NCBI GenBank assembly: GCA_965197475.1
Contig: CBDANF010000002.1
Coordinates: forward strand, 864,001 to 928,000
From: Candidatus Poribacteria bacterium
GTDB lineage: Bacteria > Poribacteria > WGA-4E > WGA-3G
Reading direction: 5' to 3'
DNA length: 64,000 bases
The translations under genes and the position numbers were made by a program. Of the stretch, positions 41,178-50,452 are shown one piece after another; the stretch's first letter is position 1, and each line of letters starts with the position of its first letter. The notes beneath the pieces are model-generated. The model was not told where the DNA came from. It did not search any database and saw only the letters and a list, made by a program, of their open reading frames with translations.

Positions 41178-42771
41178 AGTTGTTGGAATAGATTTAGGAA
41201 CGACATTCTCCGCGATTGCGTATGTCAACGACCATGCACAGGAGGAGATTATCCCGAATGCTGAAGGTGACCGCACGACTCCATCAGTGATCATGTTTGA
41301 AGATGAGAACGTTGTCGTTGGGAAAATTGCCAAGCAGAATGCAAGTGCGGTGCCAGAACAGATTGTTGAATTCGTTAAACGCGAGATGGGGAAATCCAAA
41401 GAAGAGTACTCCCGTGAGTATGGCGGCAAGGTGTATTCGGCTGAAGAACTCTCCGCGCTGATTTTACAGAAACTCAAACAGGATGCTGAAGCGGAGCTTA
41501 ATGAAGAAATCACGGATGCGGTCATTACTGTCCCCGCCTATTTCAAGGATGCAGAACGAGAGGCAACACGGAATGCTGGGAAAATCGCGGGATTAAATGT
41601 CTTGCAAGTAGTGAATGAACCGACCGCTGCTGCACTTGCTTACGGGATTGATCAACACGGTAGCGATCAGACTGTGTTTGTGTTTGACCTCGGCGGTGGA
41701 ACGTTCGACGTGGCCATCATGAGGGTTTCTGGGTCCGAGTTAGAGATGATTGCAACAAACGGAGACCACAGACTCGGTGGAAAGGACTGGGACGATAAGA
41801 TTATCACGTTTGTAGCTGATACGTTTCAGAATGAACACCGTGTAAATCCGTTGCTGGACCTTCATGCATATCAGGAAATCCAACTGAGTGCAATTAGTGC
41901 GAAAGAGTCTTTATCGCAACGACAAAAAGCTCGTATCAGATGTAGCCACGATGGCAAAAGTAGCAATGTTGAGGTAACGCGAGAAAAGTTTGAAGAACTC
42001 ACTGCAGATTTGGTCGAAAGATGCAGTTCCCTCTGTGTTATCGTTCTTGATGAAGCTGGGATGACGTGGGAAGATATTGATACGGTGTTAATGGTCGGTG
42101 GTTCAACACGCATGCCGATGGTGCAAGAGATGGTTACAAAGATTAGCGGTAAAGATATCAACCCGCGGGAGGTCAATCCTGATGATGCGGTAGCACTCGG
42201 TGCAGCAATCCAGGGTACACTCCGTCAACTTGAGGAAGTAGTGATTGAAGGCAAAGATGATACAACAAAGGAAGAAGATATTGCAGATGCTGTCATGGAG
42301 CGGTTCATTGCGCCTGACGGAGGTCTCGCAATAACGGTAACCGACCGTGCCACACACAACCTTGGGCTTGTGGTATATACATCCGCAGATAGTGAGGGGT
42401 CCATCCATGTGATGATTGCCAAGATGACATCCGTGCCATGTGAGGTTGAAGATCAGTTTGGAACACTCGTTGAAAAGCAATCTTCACTCCTGGTAGAGGT
42501 CATTCAAGGGCTTGAACAGGGTCAAGAAGAGGATGAAATTATCAAGTTTGAGAATCACAAGTTGGGTGAATGTCTCCTTGAATTGCCTCCTGGTCTACCA
42601 AAGGGAACACCCATTGATGTTACCTATAAGTATAACTTGGACCAAACGCTTGAGGTAACGGCAAAAGGACCGGATGGGCGCACAGCAAATGTGACGATTG
42701 ATCGTCCGACGCTTGACGAGGCTGAAGTTGCTGAAGCGATTACACACCTGCAAAGCCTGGAAGTTGAATAG
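41170..42771 (+). CDS. Second Hsp70-family protein, short and lacking the helical lid
   Basis: Full ATPase-domain motifs, then a beta substrate-binding domain (LPPGLPKGTPIDVTYKYN) and only a short helix. Confidence 0.92.
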   Translation: MGKVVGIDLGTTFSAIAYVNDHAQEEIIPNAEGDRTTPSVIMFEDENVVVGKIAKQNASAVPEQIVEFVKREMGKSKEEYSREYGGKVYSAEELSALILQKLKQDAEAELNEEITDAVITVPAYFKDAEREATRNAGKIAGLNVLQVVNEPTAAALAYGIDQHGSDQTVFVFDLGGGTFDVAIMRVSGSELEMIATNGDHRLGGKDWDDKIITFVADTFQNEHRVNPLLDLHAYQEIQLSAISAKESLSQRQKARIRCSHDGKSSNVEVTREKFEELTADLVERCSSLCVIVLDEAGMTWEDIDTVLMVGGSTRMPMVQEMVTKISGKDINPREVNPDDAVALGAAIQGTLRQLEEVVIEGKDDTTKEEDIADAVMERFIAPDGGLAITVTDRATHNLGLVVYTSADSEGSIHVMIAKMTSVPCEVEDQFGTLVEKQSSLLVEVIQGLEQGQEEDEIIKFENHKLGECLLELPPGLPKGTPIDVTYKYNLDQTLEVTAKGPDGRTANVTIDRPTLDEAEVAEAITHLQSLEVE

Positions 42772-42860
42772 AGAATATGTTTAGTTTTCGGTTAGGCGCG
42801 TCCTAAAAGGATCTGTTTTCACACGCCAAACATTGTGACGCGCCTACAAAGGAGAAAATA

Positions 42861-43439
42861 ATGAAAATCAACCCATCATTCCATATCTTAGTCTTTTTCA
42901 TATCAATACTAACTTGTGTTGTCCCCCTTGCTACCTATGCACAACATAGCTCAACATCTACAAGAGTTAGACCTACTTCAGAAGGGAAGATACCAAGTGA
43001 AGTTTATTATGACGTAGGAATTTTCGCAGGTTTGGTCCCTGACAAGGATTTCATCGGCACCATTGGCTATAGGATTGGTCTGTCCTATGAGACACCATCT
43101 TATGCTATAGAGGTTAAAGGACTGATTTTCGCGACTGATCTTGTCCACTTCGCCGCTTCTTCGCTCGGTGCTCACTACTTCTTGAACAGACAGAATATTT
43201 CATCCTACGTGGGTGGTGGATACACCATATCCAGTACCTCCCATGGCACTTCGTATGGAAGAGGCATGGGTGTGTTTTTGATTACCGGACTACAGATGTT
43301 TCGTTTCAAGAAGCATCGCTTGAAATTCGAATTTCGTGTAGACAGACCTTTTTATACGTTGGATACCCTTAGTCCGACACCTATAACAATTGGCATCTTC
43401 TATTCACGTGATTTGAGAAGCATCTTAAGGTGGCGATAA
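42861..43439 (+). CDS. Secreted, probable small outer-membrane beta-barrel protein
   Basis: Signal peptide ending ATYA; Gly/aromatic alternating strands (SSYVGGG). Confidence 0.5.
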   Translation: MKINPSFHILVFFISILTCVVPLATYAQHSSTSTRVRPTSEGKIPSEVYYDVGIFAGLVPDKDFIGTIGYRIGLSYETPSYAIEVKGLIFATDLVHFAASSLGAHYFLNRQNISSYVGGGYTISSTSHGTSYGRGMGVFLITGLQMFRFKKHRLKFEFRVDRPFYTLDTLSPTPITIGIFYSRDLRSILRWR

Positions 43440-43440
43440 A

Positions 43441-44910
43441 ATGATGAACTATTTTGGCGTGTTTGAACTCTCAATTGACGATATCCAAGGCAAAGATGAG
43501 ACAACTATTCAAAACCTTGTTACCGCCGCACACACAAGACTCTATAAACTAACAACAGGTTCGTATGCCAATGTGCCACGCCCGGATGGAAAAACCCAAG
43601 CACAGTGGCAGAAGATTCTGAATAACGCGAAGACTTCGCTGTTAGACCCGCAGAAGCGACGAGCACACATTGCAGAGTTGAAAGGTATCAGACGAGATGA
43701 ATTCATCAATCTTATCAACACGCTTAAAGCTGCATCGCCGACTATCACCCGTGAACAACATCGTGGATTTCTCCAACAAGCACAAGACGACTACGGACTC
43801 ACATCCCAGGAAGCCGAAGAAATCCTGCAAAATTCAGGATTGATGGTTACGGAGATATTATCGGATGTGAACAAAAAAGACAAAGATGGTTATACACCTT
43901 TGCATCAGACGGCAAATATGGATGATTATGGCGAAGCAGAAATATTAGTCGAAAAAAGTACTGATATTAACGCAGAGAATTATTTGGACTTTAGAAATCA
44001 GCAGCTGCACGATGCAATGTATGGACTTAGTCATAAATACGACATTATAGATGAATCGCTTGAAAACGGTGCTGATATCAACGCAAAGAACGAATATGGC
44101 AAAACACCACTACACATTGCGGTATCGAAAAATGAAGGTCAACGGTGGGATGACGCTTATTACGACCCAGACTACTCAGATCTGGTATTATACTTGCTTA
44201 GAAAAGGTGCAGACGTCAACGTATCTGACAGTTATGGTAATACACCGCTACACATTGTGACAAGGGGAGATACTGTTAATTACACAATAGCATTAGCATT
44301 GTTGGACAAAGGTGCGGACGTCAACGCAAAGAATGAAGATGACGATACACCATTACACAATAGTGCGGCGATGCCTGCGTTGAGTGCAGGCATCGCATCC
44401 ATGTTGCTTGAAAATGGTGCGGATGTCAACGCAAAGAATAAAGATGACAATACACCATTACACAATGCGGCGAAGAACAACGCGGCGAAACCTGCCGTGA
44501 TAGCAAGGATAGCATCCGTATTGCTTGAAAATGGTGCGGATGTTAACGCAAAAAATAAAGAGGGCGACACACCGCTGGACATCGCTTTGGAAATGGATAA
44601 TAAAAAGTTAGTAGCGGTGTTGCGTAAACGTGGTAAGCGAAAACCTATAGCAAATGAAAATAATGCTGATGTTAACACAAAGAACAATACGCGCAAACAA
44701 AGGGAGGATAAACCAAGACACTTAGTTTTGGCTTTGATCCTAAGCAGTTTGTGTTGCGGATTGTTTTGGGGTGGCATTAGTTCTGTAGTTGCTATTCCTT
44801 TTCTTATTTCTATAGGTGTAGGTGCTGCAGGTATTGTATTGTTTCTTGGTGTTATACTTGGGGGAATCTACGGATTCATATCTGTATGGCGTAATAGGGA
44901 CAAGGGATGA
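43441..44910 (+). CDS. J-domain-like module + helical domain + ankyrin repeats + two C-terminal TM helices
   Basis: NYFGVFEL...LLDPQKRRAH; TPLH/GADVNAK repeats; hydrophobic C-terminus. Confidence 0.8.
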   Translation: MMNYFGVFELSIDDIQGKDETTIQNLVTAAHTRLYKLTTGSYANVPRPDGKTQAQWQKILNNAKTSLLDPQKRRAHIAELKGIRRDEFINLINTLKAASPTITREQHRGFLQQAQDDYGLTSQEAEEILQNSGLMVTEILSDVNKKDKDGYTPLHQTANMDDYGEAEILVEKSTDINAENYLDFRNQQLHDAMYGLSHKYDIIDESLENGADINAKNEYGKTPLHIAVSKNEGQRWDDAYYDPDYSDLVLYLLRKGADVNVSDSYGNTPLHIVTRGDTVNYTIALALLDKGADVNAKNEDDDTPLHNSAAMPALSAGIASMLLENGADVNAKNKDDNTPLHNAAKNNAAKPAVIARIASVLLENGADVNAKNKEGDTPLDIALEMDNKKLVAVLRKRGKRKPIANENNADVNTKNNTRKQREDKPRHLVLALILSSLCCGLFWGGISSVVAIPFLISIGVGAAGIVLFLGVILGGIYGFISVWRNRDKG

Positions 44911-47342
44911 ACTATTTTGACGTGCTTGAACTCTCAATTGACAAAATACAAGGTCAAGACGAGGCAACTATTCAAAGCGATGTTACCGCCGCTCACAAGA
45001 GGCTCTATGCGCGCACGGTTGGTGCGTATGCCAACGTGCCACGCCCGGACGGAAAAACTCAAGCACAGTGGCAAGTAATCTTGAATGATGCGCGGGATAC
45101 CTTGTTAGACCCACAGAAGCGACAGGAGCATATTGCGCAGATTATACCAGATCCAGTCCCCGTTCCTAAGCCTGACCCAGACCTCATACCGGGAACACGC
45201 ACGAATGCTCGTCCTTTCTTAAAAGTGTCTATTGCTGCTGTCCTGTTCGCGCTCTCGGTTGTGGGTGGTATTGTTATTTATTCTGAATGGACAGCTGAAA
45301 GTACAAGACGCGCACAGGAACAAACCGAAACACAACGTCAAGGACAAGCAGCATTAGAAAAGCAGCGTCAAGAAAAGGCAGCAACGGAAGCACAACTCGC
45401 AGTAGAGAGAACGATACTCGCGGAGAGGCGCGATAAATTTATTGAGAAAATGGGATTTGCAGGCGCAACCGACCTACATGTTGCAGCAGGACTGAATCTG
45501 CCCCTACTGACTCAATCGTTCCTGGATCGGGGGGCGGATGTTAACGTGAATGATTACAATGGTGCAACTCCGCTGCACTATGCTGCAATTGAAAATGCAA
45601 ATGAAACAGCAACAGTTTTACTTAAAAACGGTGCTAAAGTAAATGAGCCTGCTCTCGCGGGATCTACCTACGTCATCACGCCGCTACACGAAGCGGCGGA
45701 ACACAATGCTGCTGAGACAGCAGAGGCGTTGCTGAATTACGGTGCAAATGTTAACGAAATGAACAAATATATTACATCACCGTTGCACTGGGCAGCAGAG
45801 GAGAACGCTTATGAGGTGGCAAAAGTGTTGCTGCAAAACGGCGCAAAGGTCAATGCTGAAACCGAATATGGTGAAACACCGCTGCATATGACAGCATGGA
45901 ACAATGCATATGAAACAGCGGAGGTACTTCTAAAAAACGGTGCACAAGCCAACGTAAGGGATGGAGAAAGTAAGACACCGCTTCACATGGCGGCAGAGAA
46001 AAATGCTCATGAAGTAGCGGGACTTCTATTGAAAAGTGGTGCACACGTCAACGCAAAGGATTACAAAAACAGAACACCACTATACTTTGCAGCAGAGCGC
46101 AATGCGCGGGAAATGGTAACCCTCCTACTAAATGCTTATCCAGCCACACCACTACATTTTGCTGCCAGAGACAATGACCATAAGACTGTAGAAACTTTAC
46201 TGGAAAACGGGGCAGATATCAATGAGAAGATAGAAGATGGTTTTACACCGCTGCACTTCGCGGTAAGAGCGAATGCTACTGCGACCGTGGAACTTCTGTT
46301 GATAAATAATACAGATGTTAACGCTAAAACCGTATACGGTGGCACACCACTACATGATGCAGCGATATACGATGTTTATGCAATAACGGAATTCTTGGTG
46401 CAAAACGGTGCTGATATAAACGCAAGGAACTCTTTTGGTAATACACCCCTACACGATGCAGCGTGGAATAGTGCATATAAGACAGCAGATATCCTACTCA
46501 ATTATGATGCTAATGTGAATGCAAAGAATGATACAGAAGAGGAATCTTTATATCTGAATTGGGGGAAAATGAGGAATGGCGAAACACCGCTACATATTGC
46601 AGCACTAAACAATGATGATAGGATGACAAAACTTTTACTAAAAAGTGGCGCGGAGGTAAACACAAAAGACAAGGATGGTGACATACCCCTGCACTATGCA
46701 GCTAAGAGAAACGGACATAAAACTGTGGAATTGCTAATCAATCACGGTGCAAGTGTCAACGAAAAAGGTGATTCATATTACGGTTATACTGCACTGCACT
46801 GGGCAGCGGAGAAAAACGCGTATGATACAATACAAATCCTACTAAGATACGGTGCTAAGGTCAACGCAAAGTGCAAACGTGGCAATACTCCGCTGCATTC
46901 GGCAGCAGATGGAAATGCTCGTGAAACATCGGAGTTATTACTAAAAAATGGCGCAGATGTCAACGCAAAGAATGAATCTAACGAGACACCGCTACATACC
47001 ATCACTACTCCGGAGTATCGTGATGATCCAAAGGGGTTTGTTGAGACAGTGGAGTTATTGCTCAACAATGGTGCGGCTGTCAACGCAAAGAATGAATCTA
47101 ACGAGACACCGCTACATAGGGTTTTAACTCCATTCGGTGTTGTTCATCATGACAGAAAGGGGTTTGTTGAGACAGTGGAGTTATTGCTCAACAATGGTGC
47201 GGCTGTCAACACAAAGGATAAAGATGGTAAGACACCGTTGCACAAGGCAACGGACTTGTACGAGAAAACGGTCGACACTGGACCACAAAAGGCTTATAAG
47301 AGAGTAGTAGATCTGCTGCACCAGCACGGTGGCATAAAATAA
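44907..47342 (+). CDS. J-domain-like module + TM helix + coiled coil + long ankyrin array
   Basis: Same N-terminal module; TM VSIAAVLFALSVVGGIVIY; roughly 18 ankyrin repeats. Confidence 0.85.
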   Translation: MNYFDVLELSIDKIQGQDEATIQSDVTAAHKRLYARTVGAYANVPRPDGKTQAQWQVILNDARDTLLDPQKRQEHIAQIIPDPVPVPKPDPDLIPGTRTNARPFLKVSIAAVLFALSVVGGIVIYSEWTAESTRRAQEQTETQRQGQAALEKQRQEKAATEAQLAVERTILAERRDKFIEKMGFAGATDLHVAAGLNLPLLTQSFLDRGADVNVNDYNGATPLHYAAIENANETATVLLKNGAKVNEPALAGSTYVITPLHEAAEHNAAETAEALLNYGANVNEMNKYITSPLHWAAEENAYEVAKVLLQNGAKVNAETEYGETPLHMTAWNNAYETAEVLLKNGAQANVRDGESKTPLHMAAEKNAHEVAGLLLKSGAHVNAKDYKNRTPLYFAAERNAREMVTLLLNAYPATPLHFAARDNDHKTVETLLENGADINEKIEDGFTPLHFAVRANATATVELLLINNTDVNAKTVYGGTPLHDAAIYDVYAITEFLVQNGADINARNSFGNTPLHDAAWNSAYKTADILLNYDANVNAKNDTEEESLYLNWGKMRNGETPLHIAALNNDDRMTKLLLKSGAEVNTKDKDGDIPLHYAAKRNGHKTVELLINHGASVNEKGDSYYGYTALHWAAEKNAYDTIQILLRYGAKVNAKCKRGNTPLHSAADGNARETSELLLKNGADVNAKNESNETPLHTITTPEYRDDPKGFVETVELLLNNGAAVNAKNESNETPLHRVLTPFGVVHHDRKGFVETVELLLNNGAAVNTKDKDGKTPLHKATDLYEKTVDTGPQKAYKRVVDLLHQHGGIK

Positions 47343-47358
47343 GGAGGATTGACATAGA

Positions 47359-48711
47359 ATGGAAAACTATTTTGATGTACTTGAACTCTCAATTGATGAT
47401 ATTCAAGGCAAAGATGAGACAACTATTCAAAACCTTGTTAACGCCGCTCACAAAAGACTCTATGCGTTCACGATTGGTTCGTATGCCCCAGTGCCACGCC
47501 CGGACGGAAAAACCCAAGCCCAGTGGCAGGTAATCTTGAATAATGCGCTAAAAACCCTGTTAGACCCGCAGAAGCGGCAAGACCATATTGCGCAGCTGCA
47601 ACCGGATCCAGTCCCTGTTCCCTCGCGAACCATCATCAGGTTCCGAAACGGAGATGAAGCCACCAGCATACCTCAGTTGATAACCTTAATGGAAAAGAAC
47701 GCCAGTGAAGCTACCGATATACTCTATCAAGGTTATCTGGAACAAGGTCTGGCAGGAGCTGGAGAAACTCCCTTTGCCATTGCGGCGAAGGCGGTCGTCA
47801 GTCAATTTTCAAGTAATCGTTCCATAGGATTGATGGCGATGGTGGCAATTCTTCGCGGTAAAGTAAAAATGCACAGAGGTGGTGAAGCAAGCAACCCAAA
47901 ACAGCTGGCAAGTCTGATAGACCAGAATTGGGAAGATGCAAAAACACTTCTCTATAACGGATTTTTTGAGTTCTGGTTCGAATATACTAACCAAACACAA
48001 CTTGCGGGTACAACGAAAAAAATAACGAGCACCTTTAGGAACGAGCAAGACATCGGTTTAGAAGAACTTATTCAAAGACTTGACCCACAAATTGGGAAGC
48101 CGGAACCTGAGGTAAGTCACACCAAGTTGGACTTCGGGAGTATGATCAAAAAAAGTGAAAAAACGATCCGTTTAAAAATTAAGAATATTGGTCGGGGTTT
48201 TCTCTCTGGCGACGTCCAGATAGAAAGCGGGCTACCGGGTCTGCAGATTTCAGAGACTGAAATCATTGGGGACGGTGTTATCACTGTTAAATTAGATGCC
48301 AGTGCCCTAAAAGCCAAACAAACGCATAAAACGTCCCTTATTATTGACACCAATGCTGGAAATATAATAGTCCCGATTTCTTGCTACATTGATGATCCAA
48401 AGCAACAAGCTGTCCAACGCATCGCTATCAGTGGTTTCTCTGTGGCAGCGATAGCACTTGTTGCGCGCCTGATCGTTCAGCAATTCGTGAGTTCTGGGTG
48501 GTTAGCAACCGGTTTGACAGGGGCAGGTTTCACAGACTGGGCACAACATTGGAACTGGGTCAAATGGTTTGAATGGCCAGGTTTTGAATGGCAAGTCTAT
48601 ACACTTGGAGCATCCAGAGCTGATTTAGGATTTGTAATTGCGCTCACATCCCTCGGAGCAGGCGTATTTGTCTACTGGAAATATGTCTTCAAGAAAAATA
48701 GAGTTAGCTGA
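47359..48711 (+). CDS. J-domain-like module + duplicated helical unit + Ig-like domain + TM helices
   Basis: Same N-terminal module; two G.EA....QL..L...N...A...LY.G..E units; LDFG...IKNIGRGFLSG Ig-like domain; hydrophobic C-terminus. Confidence 0.75.
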   Translation: MENYFDVLELSIDDIQGKDETTIQNLVNAAHKRLYAFTIGSYAPVPRPDGKTQAQWQVILNNALKTLLDPQKRQDHIAQLQPDPVPVPSRTIIRFRNGDEATSIPQLITLMEKNASEATDILYQGYLEQGLAGAGETPFAIAAKAVVSQFSSNRSIGLMAMVAILRGKVKMHRGGEASNPKQLASLIDQNWEDAKTLLYNGFFEFWFEYTNQTQLAGTTKKITSTFRNEQDIGLEELIQRLDPQIGKPEPEVSHTKLDFGSMIKKSEKTIRLKIKNIGRGFLSGDVQIESGLPGLQISETEIIGDGVITVKLDASALKAKQTHKTSLIIDTNAGNIIVPISCYIDDPKQQAVQRIAISGFSVAAIALVARLIVQQFVSSGWLATGLTGAGFTDWAQHWNWVKWFEWPGFEWQVYTLGASRADLGFVIALTSLGAGVFVYWKYVFKKNRVS

Positions 48712-48738
48712 TGATTTGGGATGTTCCTATCAATCCGG

Positions 48739-48819
48739 CAATTGAATGGCTCTGGGTCAGGGGAACTTCGGTTCTCGACTATCAGTGTGTTCGTCGCGAT
48801 TCGGAGATCGCTCCTACAG
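48739..48819. repeat. Dispersed repeat pieces shared with 15112-15192
   Basis: CAATTGAATGGCTCTG and TCGCGATTCGGAGATCGCTC occur at both sites; here the latter ends in CTAC (reverse GTAG). Confidence 0.6.
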
Positions 48820-48894
48820 CAGAGTAAATTGAATAAACCGCCAAAAAAATGGAAAACTAAATGGTTCTGACTATTCATAGCAAGGAGTTGCTAA

Positions 48895-50409
48895 ATGTTA
48901 GAAGAACTAATTATCCGTATCATGGGGCACGCCGTTGCGCAACGGATTTTCGGTCGCCGCTCAACCAATACGACTACAAATACACAACAACGTCGCGGTT
49001 GTTGGGATAGGTGGGGTAGATGGGGTTGTGCAATTGTTCTTGGTATTGTCGTTACTATTATTGCAGCGTTTTGGGCAATTGCTTTCGGGATTGTTGTTGC
49101 TGTCACATACACAGGGCTCAGTTTATATACCGGTTTGAAGTTCCTTGCTACGAATGCTTTTATTGCGCTGGATAAACTGTTTTATCCCGGATTTGAAGCA
49201 CCAACTGTTGTGGTTTGGGGGCTGTGGGGACTTGTCGGTGGTGCAGCGATCCAGGGATGCCGTGAATTGTTAAACTATGGACGAAAGGGAATGGGGATAT
49301 TGGTGGTGGTGCTTGCTCCCGTGATTTTATTTGTTCTTACAGGAATAGTTAAAAACAACATCAGTGTGCCGAATACATCAGATATAAAACCCATAACGAC
49401 AGTAGAACAAAAAACATCCAGACCAGAAACGGAACCTATAAAGACAACGAAACCGACACCATCTGCAACAGAGCAGACCACAACTGAACCTGAGAAGAAA
49501 CCTGTCAAGACGACAACACGTAGGGAACCGGTCCAAACTACCAAACGAAAAGACACCGCTCCAGTCAAACCTACGGAGCCGACACGGGTTACCACAAAGC
49601 AGAATACGGTTACGACACCGCCTGTAGCACCAAAACCCTCAACGCTTTCAGTACCTGTCGGTATGGTGTTGATTCCTGCTGGCGAGTTTCAGATGGGCAG
49701 CACCGACAACGCAGACGAGAAACCGGTGCACACTGTCTACACAGACGCTTTTTATATGGACAAATATGAGGTAACAAACGCGCAATATAAGGTGTTTATT
49801 GATGCGAACCCACAGTGGCGGAAAGACCGGATACCGACCAAATATCACGATGGCGATTACCTAAAACATTGGAATGGAAACAACTACCCAAGCGGAAAAG
49901 GCAACCATCCGGTGAACTATGTGAGTTGGTATGGCGCAATGGCTTATGCGAAATGGGCAGGCAAGCGGTTGCCAACAGAGGCTGAATGGGAGAAAGCCGC
50001 ACGCGGTGGATTAGTCAGCAAGAAATACCCATGGGGTAATGATATTGATCCCACAAAAGCAAATTATGATAAGAACGTTGGCAATACGAGGTTTGTAGGG
50101 TGGTATGGCGCCAATGATTATGGCTTGTATGACATGGCGGGGAACGTGCTTGAATGGTGTCTTGATAGGTATGATGAAAATTTCTATGGCACCGCCTCGC
50201 GACAGAATCCGATTGCAGGTGGAAACATAAAGGGTATTACAGGAAACTTTCTTAATAGTACAGCAACTCGTGTGTTGCGCGGTGGTTCATGGAGTGTCCT
50301 TGCACAAAACGTGCGTGTCGCTGATCGGACGAAGGGAAATCCTACGCTCTCTTACTTTGGGCTGGGGTTTCGGTGTGTGAGAGCAGTCCCACAGTCGGAT
50401 AGAGATTAG
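48895..50409 (+). CDS. Membrane protein with Thr/Pro linker and FGE-sulfatase (SUMF1-like) domain
   Basis: Three to four TM helices, then IPAGEFQMG, YEVTNAQY, RLPTEAEWEKAARGG, DMAGNVLEW, RGGSW, GFRC. Confidence 0.9.
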   Translation: MLEELIIRIMGHAVAQRIFGRRSTNTTTNTQQRRGCWDRWGRWGCAIVLGIVVTIIAAFWAIAFGIVVAVTYTGLSLYTGLKFLATNAFIALDKLFYPGFEAPTVVVWGLWGLVGGAAIQGCRELLNYGRKGMGILVVVLAPVILFVLTGIVKNNISVPNTSDIKPITTVEQKTSRPETEPIKTTKPTPSATEQTTTEPEKKPVKTTTRREPVQTTKRKDTAPVKPTEPTRVTTKQNTVTTPPVAPKPSTLSVPVGMVLIPAGEFQMGSTDNADEKPVHTVYTDAFYMDKYEVTNAQYKVFIDANPQWRKDRIPTKYHDGDYLKHWNGNNYPSGKGNHPVNYVSWYGAMAYAKWAGKRLPTEAEWEKAARGGLVSKKYPWGNDIDPTKANYDKNVGNTRFVGWYGANDYGLYDMAGNVLEWCLDRYDENFYGTASRQNPIAGGNIKGITGNFLNSTATRVLRGGSWSVLAQNVRVADRTKGNPTLSYFGLGFRCVRAVPQSDRD

Positions 50410-50452
50410 ATCCTTCTATATGCCAACTAATGAATTCAAAGGAGATTAATTA

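Noticed and set aside
38140-42771. Housekeeping dnaK-grpE heat-shock operon
   Set aside because: No canonical DnaJ, HrcA or CIRCE; the linker and lid are missing; gene symbols withheld. The hairpin at ~38091-38113 is not CIRCE.
50270-50409. Diversity-generating retroelement target (FGE-type C-terminus)
   Set aside because: I found no template-repeat copy and no reverse transcriptase in the window; a remote one cannot be excluded.
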